In this document: piece by piece, positions 13,401 to 28,100 of the stretch
Layout of the letters: each line of letters opens with the position of its first letter
Numbering within the stretch: the stretch's first letter is position 1
From: Podarcis vaucheri
Lineage: Eukaryota
DNA: 64,000 nt
NCBI GenBank assembly: GCA_965113315.1
Contig: OZ220369.1
Reading direction: 5' to 3' (one strand)
The notes under the pieces: generated by a model
What the model was told of the DNA's origin: nothing
What the model saw: the letters and a program-made list of their open reading frames with translations, nothing else
Database searches by the model: none
Position numbers and translations under genes: made by a program

Positions 13401-16400
13401 GGAATGCAGCTCAACTCAGAAAGGGCGGTTTTCCAATTAGATGACAAGGCAGGGGATGCCCTGCAGAGAGAGAGCTCCCAAATCTGGATCCAAGTAGCTT
13501 GGATTTTGAAAGGAAAACCCCTCAGCCCAAAGCACAAAAGTAAACTGGAGCTCTGTGTGTTACACTTGCAGAAGTGGGACGCCTGGGATTTGCTGCTGGG
13601 TGCAGAATTCAGCATACCGACAGCCATAGCTTTTTCTTTTTGAAAGGAAGCTTCCAGCTCTTGTGGTTGGTAAGATAAACTTGACAACATTGGGGCCATG
13701 CCTGGGGGCCCAACAGGACATAAAAGAGTGGGTACGATGGGGCTTCTGCACCAAGCATGGCAGGTTGTTCCTTTTGTAGGGGGAGCGGAATTGCAGAAAT
13801 AATTCTATATATGCAGACTGTTGGACTGGCATGATGCATTCAGAAAACCAATGTGTGGTGTGGTGAGCAGCATGTTGTGCAAGGACCTGCGAAGACCCTA
13901 TAGTGTTCAGGCAGGCCTTTAAAAACTGAACTTCTTTACAAGGCAGTTCTTCTTGAGATGTTACTGATGTTATGATAATATGATGCCACTATGCTATTTC
14001 TATTTTCTGGCCAGCCCTGAGGCTCACTGCGTGCAGTTGGCCTGGCCATAATTTCACTGCCCAATCTGTAAGAAAGATGGGAATCTGAATGTAATAAATA
14101 ATAAATAAAATATTCAGCTATAAGATTCAAGGTGTTGCTCAATGTAGCATTCAAAGTTGTTGCTCAGTGCAGCCCTACTAGGCAGCACTGGGCGGTGGTG
14201 GGATAGATGAAGGCAGGAACTTGTATATGAAAAGATGCAACAAGACATTTTAGAGTATTGGTCATAGCAGAGGTCGCACTTCAGGCAGCAAAACATTATG
14301 AGTTGGCTTTGGATTTGGGCTCGCTTGGCAGACAATTTCTGCTTCTAGTGTGGACCATGCATGGTCTTGACAAAAAAAGAAATAGTACTGCATAAACGAT
14401 TATCAATATAAATTAATACATAGCTGCCTACTGAAATGTTAAGTTTCTCTTCACTTAAATCACACCTATGAATATAACTATAGCCTTTAAGTCAAGAGGA
14501 ATCTGCAGATCCAAATTAGGTTAAGAACTTAAGAATGGCCCTGCTGGATCAGACCAAAGCCCCATCTGGCCCAGTACCCTGCTCTCACAGTGCCCCTCTG
14601 GGAAGCTCACAACCAACGCCCAACTCTCTGGGAAAGGGGAACAGCATTCTTTCTGACTGGTGCAACCAAAACGCTTCAGAGAATGAGAGAAGGAAAGGAG
14701 AGAAACAAAATCACCCTCAAGGTGAGCGAGAGAAAGTCATATTGTCAGGCTACCCTGTTTCCTTCCCAGTGGGTCATTACAAGTACTGAAACTTGAAAAA
14801 CTGGTGCCTGGCCTTCCTTTTTTCCTCCTCCCTCCTCATCAGTTTTTCCTTGCAAGTAATGCATTTCAGATTGGTTGTCTTACTACTAATCTTTGTAAAC
14901 AGCTCTGGGAGCCTTTTTGGCTAATAAGTTGGGTCAAAAGACGTTATGAATAATTTTGAGTTTGTGCCAGAATTGGTGATTCCAAAAGAACCACAGCGAG
15001 ATCAAAGATGGAATTATTTCACCCCCCACTCCCAATGACAGCATCTCTATATGCAGAGTTTACGCAAATTATGTGCACATTAAAACCTATAAGTCAGCTA
15101 TACTTCTCCAGCTCATGATTCACTCCCACACTGCCTGCCCCTGCAGTTAGTGCAATGTGAACCAGCAACACTCAAGCCACAAAAATCAACTGCAAAAAGA
15201 ATTCATTAGGGCTGAAAAGTAGGAAGATCTTATTCACTCCAAGGATAGGACCAGCATCTCTTTTTCCTTTCCTCCCCAGCAGAGAACACTTAGTGGGCAG
15301 CGCAGTCACAGGGTTCTGCCAGGACAGTAATGGAATGAGCGCAAGTGCTCCGCTATTTAGAAGGATGGGTAATTGCAGCCCTGTCAGTTGTAAGAGCACC
15401 TTGCTGTAAAAGCCACTTTGGTGCAGGTGGAGCCAACAACGCCCGTTTCCTCTCTCCTTAACGCTCCATTTTGTAAACAGGATTTGTTTCAGGGAAAGCA
15501 GATGGTACACTCCGGCACCTCGTGAGAAAACCCGCCCAACCTTTCCAAGTGATCCGCCAAGGCTCTTTTGCTCCATTGCCAATGCAACCTCATGTGCCTC
15601 TCTGCAGCTACTCCTGGTGGCTGCTAGAATCCCAGGCTCACCTGCCATTTCATAGGGAGGAGGCAGGCATGAAAATATGCTTACCACACAGCTGCCACAG
15701 ACTCTCAGTTCACACCCTGCCTTTCAGTGGCCTCAGGTGAGGGCAAAAGGCAGGCAGAAGGATGTCTTAAACCCTTTAATGGAGCATGGATTTAATCTTA
15801 GGGATAAGTGAAACCTATCTTGAATAGCTTCTGGCTACACAAACATGCCAAGTTCCTTAGGAACATGGAAAGCTGCCTTTTCCCAGCCCAGAATATTTCT
15901 CCACCTAGTCCACATATCATCTGCTCTGACTGCCAGTGACTCTCCAGGGTGTCAGGCAGAGTCTTTCCCATCACCTATGGTCTGATCCTGGAGATGCAAG
16001 GACTGAACTGGGGACCTGGCGCTTGCATACTGCACCATCTGCTGCTGAGCTACAACCCTTCCCCTTCGCCACCAAGAAGGCTCCCAGCTCTGACATTAAG
16101 ATGATTGCTACCAAGGAGACAGTCTTCGTGATTATACTCTTCATCAAAAACACCCTCGGGGCTGAAAGCGGGAGGGTGGGGGGAGCATTCAGAGCACCAT
16201 TATAACTCCAAGCATGTTGCTTTCAGGGGCCTTCTCTGCAAAGAGCCTTCCGCCCACATCCCCTAAAACTGCAGATCCCCTCCCTGTCTCCTCAGGGCCT
16301 TGAAACCAGCTTGCAGCATGGAAGTCTGGGGCCACTTGGCTGGAAGGAGGTCAAGACCTCTTGCACAGCTCTAATTAAGGTTGAGGGGGCTTGCAAAGAA

Positions 16401-19400
16401 GAACCAACTGGAGGGAAGGCGTTGTTCCACAGGTCAGATATGCCCTCACTTTCTACTTAATGGCATTCAGAATCTACCACCTGAGACAGCTCCTTCACAT
16501 TTCGCCCGACAGGAGAGCTGTCTTTGTCTGCAGCCATTAAAAATCCAGTTCTGTTGGTTTTAGTTCATTTTACCTGCTTGTCAGAGAGCTGTACAGCTGC
16601 AGTGCTGTCAGGATAATGCATTTTGATCCAACTTGCTTCTTTCACACTTTCATTCTGAGCTTCCCAGAAGCCTTGTTATTAAAAGCATAGATGCTGTCTG
16701 TCAACTTCAGGACCAGCCCAAGACATTTTGCTGCCTGAGGCGAAAGATAAGATGCCACCCTCATCCCCCGCTTTCCAAGTCCAGAAGCAGACCCGGCTGG
16801 CAGCCGAATTTTAGTTCAGCACTGGCAGTGGGACACCATGGTCTACCACAGAGCAGGCTGTGCATTGTACACAAAGCCCCAGCCCCTTGCTGCAGCTCCC
16901 TGCATCCCAGCACCAGCTGCCTGAGATGCCCGCCTTCCTCTGCCTCATGGTATGGCAGGCCCTGGTCAGCCTGGCTTTGTATGCTGCTGCTGAACAATTC
17001 TGTGATGCTCAAAAGCTTTCATTCTTTCCCACAGAGAAAGGACAAGCCAGTTAAAAGGGATGCTGTGCTTGACTAGTTTACCTTGCTCTCTTGTGAGGCT
17101 GGTGTTCACCTCAAGAACACCACTTGTGTTTCCGATCACATGCCTGCCTTACCTTATTGGATACTTTTCCCCAGGGTCCTTTCCCAAGTGAAACAGAAGT
17201 GGAAGCTTGGAGTGCTCCTCTTGGTCATGGGTCGTTACTCCAGAAACATTTTGGCCGGGGCAGAAATCAATGCCCTGCAAGAGAAAGAGGAACGCCATTC
17301 ACTAAAGATCAACAACAAAAGCACATGAGCTGTAGGTGGCCAGGGATCTTGAATTCTCATCAGTTTACATTAAGAAAGAAACTTTCAAGTCCTAGTGATT
17401 TAACAGAAAAACATGGAAACAAATGTATACAGGGCCCCAGATTCATAGGGTTGTCAAATGTTGCCATGTTAATTCCAATGGATTTCAAAGTGGCTCAGTG
17501 AAATAATGTTTCCCCAGTGCTGATTCATTACCAGATCTCCTCTCCACACCCACACGCGTTCTCAGGCTGGCTGCCAGGCTGTACTGAGGACAGGAGAAGC
17601 TTCCTAATTGTCATTACATTTGTATCACCCCTTTCCTTTACCTGGAAAATCTTGAGAATAGCATACATAGGCATCCCAGGTGGTCTTCCATCCAGGCAGG
17701 GACCAGACTCAGACCTTTTGCAGGGTTGCTGCCTCACAAGCCTTTGGACCAAAAGGCCAGTAAATTGGTTTCCTAGGAGTTCAATGTCACGCAAGAAAAA
17801 TGGACCCAAAGAGGCTTGCAAAATGGAATTTGATTTTCATGCTCAACTGACTGGCACATGTGTGGTTAGGAAGGACCTGCTCACCACCATCCCCAGTCAA
17901 TAACACACAACCCTCAAGACATGCTTTCCCCACAACCATGTGCCTTGACCTACTTATTAAAGGCATTCAATAATATCTATCCCCAGGACAGCTTGCTTGC
18001 TCCTGCTTCCCAACCTCTATGGCTTCCAGGTACACCATCTCCTTACTTTAATTAGTGTACACATGGCAAACTTCTCCACCATGCAAAGGGTGAACCCATC
18101 CCTCACTCTCTCAGTGTAAAGTGCAGAATCATAATCAAAAGATAGACAACACATATTGCTGGCCCCACTCCAGATTCCACAATAGTCAGGTTGAAATAGT
18201 CAAAACTGCTGCACTCCAGCAGCTGATGACAGTTCTAGAGCAAATCCTATACTAATGCACTGTCCCAAACTATCGTCGAGGGCATATCATACTGCCAACC
18301 ACAGCATACCCTTTCTTTGCATTAATGCTATAATGTCTCTGGTCTATTCCATAAGGCAAACTTTTATTTGCAACACACATACCCACACCCCGCATCACTA
18401 TCAGGGCACTTGCTGGAATCAAGAGCATGATGCAATGAGCTCTCTTTCTGCACCACACCCCCATGCATCACATCCTTCTAAAACATTAATCATGAAGAGA
18501 GGAGTTCATTACAGTTGTGTCTGCTGGATGCTCTGATGGCAACCTGGATGTTGCTCAGAAAGCTGCATCCTCAGGTTCCAGATGGCTGGCAACTTCCATG
18601 TAAAGATGGAAACAAATCTTGGTTGTGTGCAAATGTGGATTTGTAGACTGCTTACACCAATCTGAATCTCAAAGTGATCTATCATAGAGGGGCATGATCC
18701 TGTGCAGCAGGAAGTATCCACCCATCACCCAACATCTCTGGAGGAAGAGTTAACTGCTAGAAATCCCCCTGGACTAGCGTGTGTGTGTTTTAAACCACCC
18801 ACAGAATGGCTTCATTCACCTTGCCCAACTTCTAACCCAGCACTACAATGGCAGCATTTCCAATTACCAGCATTCTCACACTGACTGAGTTGAACTACCC
18901 AGTCTGCAACATCTGTTTTCAGCCTGAGTGCATCTTCCTACTAAAGGAGCTGTCAATGGGTCAGTAGGATACTTTTAAATAAATATGGCACAAGATCAGC
19001 AAATGAGATGCCAGCTCAATACACATGGGCCCTAGAAGTGTCTCTTTGAATACCAGTCACCAAGTATGCTCTTACTTCTCCTCTTGTAGGTAACAGACCA
19101 CTTTTCTGCCTAGAGGGGGGGTGGAGCTGCAGATGCAAAACCTCCCCTCATTCTGGAGAGCCTAGAAGCAGGAAGAGAGAACACATGGTCACCTAGAAAC
19201 AGCCTCTCATACTGCTACACCGCCCCACCACTAGTTGCCTGAAACTGATGTTTTAGGTAACCGGGGAAGGAAGGAGAATTAGAAGGAGAAGCTTGGGGTG
19301 GGGAGGAGAAAAGATGAAGAAGCTGCCCTGGAACTGCCTTGCTTTTCCACCAACCATGTGGCAAAAGCTAAAAAAAAAAATCATAGGTGGGCAACTTGCA

Positions 19401-22400
19401 GGCCAAGAAACCAAGAATGGGTCTGCATGCAGCAAGAGGAGAAATTGGGACCAAGGTGGCAGAATGGACTGGACCCATTTAGAGGGCAGGCAGAGAATTG
19501 CATTTTTGAATGCTCCCCTAGGCACAAGACAAAATAAACCCCAGACACTAAGCAAATAGAATACTAGTGCATGTGTGGACCAGGCCATGGTCTTCTTGGC
19601 TGGGGACTGCAAGATGACAGCATCCCCTTGAAGAACACCCCTCTATTCTATGCCTCCTATAAGGTCGCCAATGGTCACAGCATCTCAGTTGCATCTGGTC
19701 AATCTAGGGCTTTCCTCTGTCCCCTTCCATGAGGCTTCTAGCCTGTCCAGGTTCCTTGAAGTCACCCTCCTTGTGAAAAGGACTTACATAATACAGAGGC
19801 CAGCATGGCAAAACCCATTTAAAGGGGGGATGGGAGGGGCAGCGGCACAGCTGTACTGTTTGCACATAGAACGAACACTAAGCTGAAAGGCTCTCCACAG
19901 ACGTTGGAGGGGATTTGATTGGCAAACAATTTTCTAAAAATATCCTGTGTGTCTTTAATGGACAGGCTGGTCAGTGGAGCAGTTAATATTCTGCTTTTCA
20001 ATAAAGTAAGAAAGGTTAGAAGCCCATGAAATCCCATTTACCTGCACAGAGCTATAGATTCCTGAATCAGTGGCTAGAAAAATAAAGAGAGAGAGAGTTG
20101 CTTGATAAGCTGCAGCAGGCAGGCCATAATGGATTTTAAATGGATACGGAGGTGATTGACCTTTTCACCTCCTGGTGCTGGAGACCTCCGAGACCAAGCG
20201 GGGTTTGCATTTGCGCAAAGTGGAGCATTTCAATACTATTTTAAGAAGAAGACGGTGACAACAGCTAATCAAAGCCAAGACGTAACATACAAGTTGTAAT
20301 TTGGATGCAAATCAAAAAGGCTATTTAATTAAGAGCCTGCTAATTAGTACTGCGCTCCTCTAGTGCAAATGTTTTCGTTTGAGGTAAGAATTTATTCTCT
20401 GGGTATTTGCTTCCACGCTGCTCTGTTTACAGAGCACCCTTGGCTTCTCATGTTAAGACAGCCTTAGCATTAACACACTCAGCTGATTGGGGGCTGAAAT
20501 TTATTTCCACGCAACCACGTGCAGGCCCACTGCCTCCAGATGTGAGCTGTGAGTGCAGCCACCCAAGGAACAGAATGGTGGTTGGCAACTGCTGCACCAG
20601 CACTCAGCTTGTGTTTGGCTTTCATTCCCAATATTAGGACAGACCCCAGCTCGGACCAGCAGGCAGTTCTCTTGTGCCAGCTGTGTCCCCTGTGACTGCT
20701 GCCACTTCCTTTCCATAGAATCATAGAGTTGGAAGGGACCCCAAGGATCATCTAGTCCAAATGCCCCCATTGCAGGAATCAAAAGGAACAACCACAGAGG
20801 GAGCAGGTGCTCCCACAGTGTGCTTCCTCTGCAGTCTGCTCCAACCCTTCTGGCCACCCAGTGGCTTCTGAAGCTTGTGTAGCCCAAGGGTTGCTGTTCC
20901 CCACGTTTTCCATGGCATGTTCTGCATTGGTGGCAGCAATGGGGAATCTAACTTGCTTTAGTCACTGTAAAAACAAAAGAAGGTGGAAGCGGATGTTACT
21001 CCAGATTAAGAAGGATACTCAGTTTCTTGTGTATACACACACTAAAGCACAAAAGCCATCTTGTTTTGAAAACTAAAGCCAGATGAAACAGTGAGGATTG
21101 GGCCAACCAGCATTCTCTGAGAAGGATCTGAAGTGGCTTCTGGGAGGGATCCAGAAAGGGAACTTGCCTTCAAAAACATGGGCAGAAGTCCCCATTCTGA
21201 TTTCCCTCCCTACAGTAAGGCCAAAAACCCACAGCTGATTTTTCCTTCCAGAGATTGTTAAAAACCTACCTACATTTTTGATTTTTGATTACCTATTGCT
21301 TTTTCTACGCAGACTTTGCCATAGCACACATCCCCAGAACAGTTTCAATCTCTTAAGTATTTAAAGAAGCACCGAGTCGTCTCTGTTGCCCTCCCATCTC
21401 CCCCATCTCCACCCTAGCTTTTGTGGAAGATCAGATGTGTGTCCCTTCTGCCACCTGCCCTTTTTTCCCCAAAATTTTCTNNNNNNNNNNNNNNNNNNNN
21501 NNNNNNNNNNNNNNNNNNNNNNNNNNNNNNNNNNNNNNNNNNNNNNNNNNNNNNNNNNNNNNNNNNNNNNNNNNNNNNNNNNNNNNNNNNNNNNNNNNNN
21601 NNNNNNNNNNNNNNNNNNNNNNNNNNNNNNNNNNNNNNNNNNNNNNNNNNNNNNNNNNNNNNNNNTGCTCTATGGCTGCCCTGCCAGTGCATCAATTTCC
21701 CAAGCAAATGGGCCACAGATGCTCAGTCGATATAAACATGAGGCAAAACAGCAGGCGGTTGCCAGTTGGCTCCCAGCCAAGCAGTGGAACCACCAACGTG
21801 TGCGTACGTGTGTTAACAAACGGCCTTTGGCAATCCATCACCTGGGCACGATCCCAGATCATTCTGGCCTGATGAGCAACTGCGATATCCGCCTGGCTGA
21901 CACAAGGAGCGTCTCTGTCCTCTTGCCGAGGCTTCCTCATTCCAATGGACACGGCACAGGAGGATCGGGGGGAAAGAGCGACGTACTAGGAAATGAAGTT
22001 ATGAATGAGGAAGCTGATTGAGCCAGGAATCCTCAGCACAGCCACACTCTTGGCCCTTCAAGCTCCAGCCATCCTGTGGGAAGACAGGCTATTTCCACCG
22101 ACCCAGAGGATTCCAGGCAAAAGTCTCTAGAATTAGGATGCAGAGTGAATCACCACCTAGACCCCTCCTTTGAAAATGCTATTACTATGACTTCTTCTCA
22201 GCAGCTGTTGCTTCAGCCCTGCTGAACAAAAATCGCTTTTCACATGTTAACTGTCTGGAAGGGACCGGGGGCGGGGGGTGCAAATCAGAAAGTCTCCATC
22301 GGCTCTCAAGCAGAAGCGATCGATGGCTAACCCACATGCTCAGAGGACCACAATCAAATGTCATTATTTGTGAGGTTCTACTTGACTTCACACCACACAC

Positions 22401-25064
22401 CCTTCCCCCCCCCCCTTGCAGAAAAGGTGCTATCGATTGCTTCACGTCAGATGAGAAGGGCAATCAGAGAAGATTGCAGCATGAAAAAAACCCTTTGGCA
22501 TTTTATATTAAAACAATAGGGGTCTTCGTATAAACATGGACACAAAACCTTTTAAAAATACACAGTGGCCTTTATGATAAAAAAATCATTGAAAGCTAAC
22601 AAGATACGAAGCTGACAGCACCAGGAAGAAGCTGAAGCTATCGGCTAATATGCAATCCAGCCAGGGGCTATGAAAAATACATCTTCTTTCGGGGACTGCA
22701 ACCAGGGCTGTAGCAGGGACAGAAAAAAATGCTTTGTGGAAGGTAAGCAGAGAGGAGACTTCTGCCTTCATGTCTTGCTACGAGGAAAGCACAAGGGGCA
22801 AAAGAATGAGAGTGGAGAACCAGTATGTGAGATGAGGACCAGGGAGATCTGGATTTACTCCTCATTCAGCTATTAAGCTCACTTGGTGACCAGAGACTAG
22901 TCACTCACTCTCAGCCTAACCTCCCTCACAGGGCTGTTGGGAAAGTAAGATGGGAGACAGCCAAGTACACCACCTTCAGCTGCTTGAAGGAAATGTGGGA
23001 TAAAAATGTAACCAACAAGCCTTGAGATCCCAATTTAACAGACAGCAATTTAATAGTCCAAGGTGGTGGTGGTGTGGAGACCCTGCCCTCCTCTTCTTCA
23101 GAACGAGACAAGACTATAGAGAAGGTGGAGAAGAAGGTAGGACCTCTTCCACCCAATACTGCTGCATCCTAAGGATGTAGGACCTCCTCTCTGGCCCACA
23201 GAATCTGTGCAAGTCTGCACAATTCCTGCACAGAGTGCTTGTCTGTACATAACAGTGATGCATGTCTCCATGTGGCCAAATGTATTTGTCACAGGGAAGT
23301 GCTGCCAACAAATCAGCTGAGCCTCTTTCCAAGAGGAACAGGTGAGCTCAGGGGCGGGGTCCTGACACTTCTAGAGCAAAAGGGTAAGCGAAGTCACAGG
23401 CCTTTCATCCTTCCAAACACTTGCCAAGAGCTTGTCGTTCCTGTGGTATCTCAAATGGATTTGCCAGTGCAGCCCAAGGTTCTTTGGCATAGGCTTTAAA
23501 GAGTTATCTACTGTCCTGGCCCAGAAAATAAATGTGTCTCCAAAAATACCACAATTTTTTTTTGTTATTTACTAGCATCTCCCTCCCTACACTAAACTTT
23601 CCTTTTACTCAGCACAAACCCATTTATCAGCTTCTGAGTGTTATGACAATTTGAAACTACATAGACAAGAACTACTTGTAAATCACAAACGGCTCTTTTA
23701 CAGCCTCTGGCTGGCAGCTAAGTAAATATTCCTAATGCAACCCTCCCGCACAACTTACAGCTGCAAAGCGACACAGCCAGGTTTTCTTTAGTCATGCGGA
23801 TTTCCTGTGGAGTGGGTTTATATTTCTTCTTTTGGCACTTTAAGGAAAACAGGTGCTCACTAAATAACATTTATATTCATAATTAAGTCAGAGAAAAATG
23901 CCAAGGTGTTCTAGCTAGAAAACAGATCATGACAAGGAAGGGGAAAACTCAAATTGGAGAACACCAGCCTAGGGCAAGACTAGGTAGTGTATGTGAGAGA
24001 GACAACTCATATTTTCCCCTCCTCTATTATATACCCAGTAATATAGTCTTCATTTGGTGTGATGATGCAGGTGAGGGTGACCAGCTAGGATGGACTAAGC
24101 ACCATCAAAGTTTAAGGAGCAAATGTTGTCTGTGTTTGGGACACTGAGGTTATTGGATCTTAAAACTGCAAACACCAGAAGTTAAGGAATTCAAACAAGA
24201 CTTGATCTCCAGAGCAAATAAGATTAGCCAGCATGATTTGCAAGAATGGAGCACCTTAGCTGATGAGCCAAGATGAGCAAAGAGCCATGGACCAGGATCC
24301 CCATCCAGAATGAAAGCTCATATTGAATGGAGCACTTATGAATCTGTAATATGTAGAGGGAAATGCTCACAGACATGGAAAGGGACCTGCATCTTGTGAA
24401 CTTTGTCCACCATTGCTATTACCACAGAATGTGGAACCTTCTTGAAACTTACTTCATTCATCACGGGCTGGAGGAAAGAGAGCCAAGAACAGACAGCCAC
24501 TGTCCCTGCCTTAAAAGACCTAAAAATAAACAAACTGGCTTGTGACGACTGTTTAGATACACCTGATCAAGTGCAGTCCCGTTTAGATAGGTTGAACTCC
24601 ACTACAATCCCAAGAGGTGCACTCTTTTTGTCGTCACAGCTTTGAATTCACAGCTTTGCAAGTGAAAGCTTTGGGGATGCAGTTCTGGCTCTAAGGAAGC
24701 TAATGACAATACTGCATTCCCTTGGGCCAAGCACAGCCAGGCATCTGAATCAAACGGCTGATTATGAGTCACTGAGGAGACCCAACAATTGCCCATGACA
24801 AGCTCCAGTGGATCCAATGCAATGTGGGATCAGCTCATGGCTGGAATTCCGGCGCCACTTACAATTTATGCATTAGGACTCACATTTTGCAATGAAACCA
24901 ACTTCTGTAATTCCTAACACACAATTTTGCAAAGAAATCGGCTTTTGTAACTCCTAACACCCAATATCAACAATACTGAGATGGGAACTGAAGGCAGTGA
25001 AACAGAGATTGTACAACAATTTCACCTTGGGAGCATTTCAAGTATCTGCAAATCGAAAGCATAA

Positions 25065-25109
<45 letters not shown>

Positions 25110-28100
25110 GCTGGCTTGGGTTGTAATTAATGTCTGAGCATGAGAAGAAGAATTTGAACAAATTTCAACCCCAGCTCTCTCTCTGAGCGTTGTTAATGGC
25201 TGTTCTGTCCACTAATTCTGTGCTCCAATTTTGCCCACATCAACCACAGACGACATGAGCGGCAGGAAGGCAAATGAATTTTTAATCATCTCTCTGATGT
25301 ACAGTATAATTGCTGACTTTTATCAACTAGCAGTTAAACAAAGACTTAGAAAGGAATAAACATTCCTTAATTGCACGTCTGCCACTGCTCACAGGAGGAT
25401 AACCTTGGGAATGAGTAACTGGTCCCCATTATCTCAGCTAAGCACACACAGAAAGGCAGACATGTAGCAAGAGGCTCAGGTCAAAAATAAATGCTTCTCA
25501 ACATCAGTTTGTGTGCTAGATACTTAAAACACAGCATAAAAACAATTAAATTTATCTGAGTTCTCATCTTTGTATAAAATATGGCGGCGGGGTGGGTTCT
25601 GCCCTCTCCTGCTTCCAAATGCAACGGTCCTCCCACCATCACAAAAGGCCTATTCTCTCAAGAAAGCTAGGTAAGAAGATCCTGAGAGGACATGAAGGAG
25701 AGAAACAGAAATCTAAGAATTAAAAATACTAGCAGGATTGGCACCAATGCTAAGCTTCATCAACGCACCATCTCCATTGCCAGAGCAGCTTGGCAAGTGC
25801 AGCTGGAGGAAGGCTGTGACCAGATGGAAACTGGATGAGAGAGTGGATATGGGAACCTTTCCTGCAGCTACCCCCACTCTCTCTCATAGGAGTCTCCTTT
25901 GTCACCCCCTTCTAGCAGGTGAAAACAATTTGGTTCAGGTGGGCTTTTCATTCATTTTGGTATTTGAAGCTGATTAACTATTATGCTGCTTCTGTTTTTT
26001 TTGCATTTAATTTTATTTACATGTTTACTTTTTGATTCTTTTATTGTAGTTTTAATGCTGCCAGTCACCTTGAGCACTGCTTTGGTAAATGTAGACGGGA
26101 TGGAGGAAAGGAAAGACGCAGCTAAAAAGAGGAGAGCAGCCAATGGAGAGAAAGAGAGAGTGGAGAACAAAGCCACTTTGTGAGAAGCAGCGGAGATCAG
26201 ATTGCCCTAGAGTTTGATGCATTTTTGAAGGGTGTTCTGTAATTTATGGTGTGTATTTGTGGCCCATCAGAGCAAGACAGGGCTTGGTCCTTGGCCTCAT
26301 CCCACTTCTTTTGGTGCGCTGGATACTAGGACCCTTGGAATCGGGTGCTGGGTGAGGCGTAAGCAGGTTTCAAAAGAACTTATTTCTGTAGCGGTTGAAT
26401 GACAATGTGCTGGTGATCAGAAGGGTGTCTGTAGCAAACATCCACTGGGGTCTGGGAAGCCTGGCAATATCTAACAGTGGAGGCAGGAGGGGAGGGTCTC
26501 CTTATGCCAGCACAAGAAGCTCAGCACCCTGACCAGCTGCCTCTGTGCAGCAGAGCACAGAATTGGAAGCAAGCTACATTTTATTCATCCGTAGAAAGAT
26601 GATCCACTCCTCCGCACTGCACGATCAAAGCTGCTGCCTGCAATATTTCTTCTGCTCAAAATTATTCTCTCTCGCTCTTAACTAAAGTCTAAACTCTGGG
26701 GCATTTGACAACTGGCAATGCCAAAAGTCTGGCAGGCTGATTATACCCTTCAAAGTGAGGCAGATTTATGCTGCTGTGGCTATTGGTGGTTCTGACAAGA
26801 GTGGCGACGGCAATTTCTGAGATTATGGTTATTATCATTTTATATAGTTACACTTTACATGCTGTTTCTTAACAGGGCACACCAAGCCTCTCCAAACCAG
26901 CCTCCAAGCCCCTGGTTCTTCCTTTACCCTCTCCTTGATGCTGCCCAGCACTTTCCTCTGATGCTCCCAGAGGCTGCTGGTGCCCAGCTCCACCTGCTGT
27001 GCTTCCGGGGGATGCTGTGCAGGCATATGCTCCACCAGAAGGAACATGACAGCAGCCAGGACTAGACAGAGACAGTCACAAAGAGCAGCAGGCACATGCA
27101 CAGGTGATGGCCTCCTGAGCACCACTCTGGAAGGTGGGCTAGCCTGATCTGTACCCCCTTAACATATCCCCAAAACCATGGCTTGCATTAAACAAAAATG
27201 AAGATGGAGCAAAAGTTGACATTTTGATGATCTGAGTTTCTCTTCTGGGAGTGATGGGTGTATTTCCATGGGAGGAGGAAGACAAACATGCAGGAGAGAA
27301 GGAAGGAGGGAGGGAGGATTTTCAATTACCTGGCTGAATTGCTCCCAGGAATTGCTCCAGGTCCAGTAATGGGCCTTATAAGGCCCAACCCGTATTGCCA
27401 TCATCTCGTTGCCACGGTAATAAAATATTGGCCTGATGGAAAGAGGGAAGGACAACAAGAGAGATGTACAGCCGCATGAGAAATGTAACGTGTCCAAACA
27501 AGCGGCTTCCCTCGCTTTTGGCAGCCACACAGATAAGGGAGACAAACACTTTAATGGAGCCTGGCTGGCAACTCAGCTATCACTCAGGAGCAGGTTGCCT
27601 TCTAATAGCCTCCACCGCAAGGTTTTCAATTAGCATTTTTTAAAGCGTCCATCAAGGCGAGAGTCTGAGTTTGCGTAAGCAAGAATGAAATGTTATGCAA
27701 GTCATCTTGCTGGCAATTGTTAATCCTTGAACTACCAGACTATGTAATTTCACACACAGAGCCTGATGGCTTAAAATACTCCAAAAGAGGGGGCACCTGT
27801 GTGATGGGAGCTGCAAAGGGTACAGGAAGCCGAAGTCTTCAGCGAACGGCCCTGGAAAGCCAGACTGTGCAAGTGTGCTGCGAACACTGGCAAAGCAGTC
27901 ACAGAAAGGGGAATTTTGAGCAGAACGGACAAATAATTATCTTGATATCTGCCATGTGAGGGACATCCTGTGCCCTACACCACCTTGAAACTACATTAGG
28001 GCGGGTGACAAAAATGTAGAGGAAAGGGATGCAAAAGATGTAAGAGAAAATTTCCCCACCCAGATATTTTCAGCGCACACAATGTGCACCAGCTGTTATT

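Noticed and set aside
11111-17903. Several 120-170-aa intronic ORFs (11111+, 15172-, 16633+, 17124+, 17517+)
   Set aside because: No recognisable domains or splice-consistent structure; 17124+ is merely antisense to GALNS exon 12.
21386-22021. 211-aa and neighbouring ORFs
   Set aside because: Their length comes from the 185-N gap.
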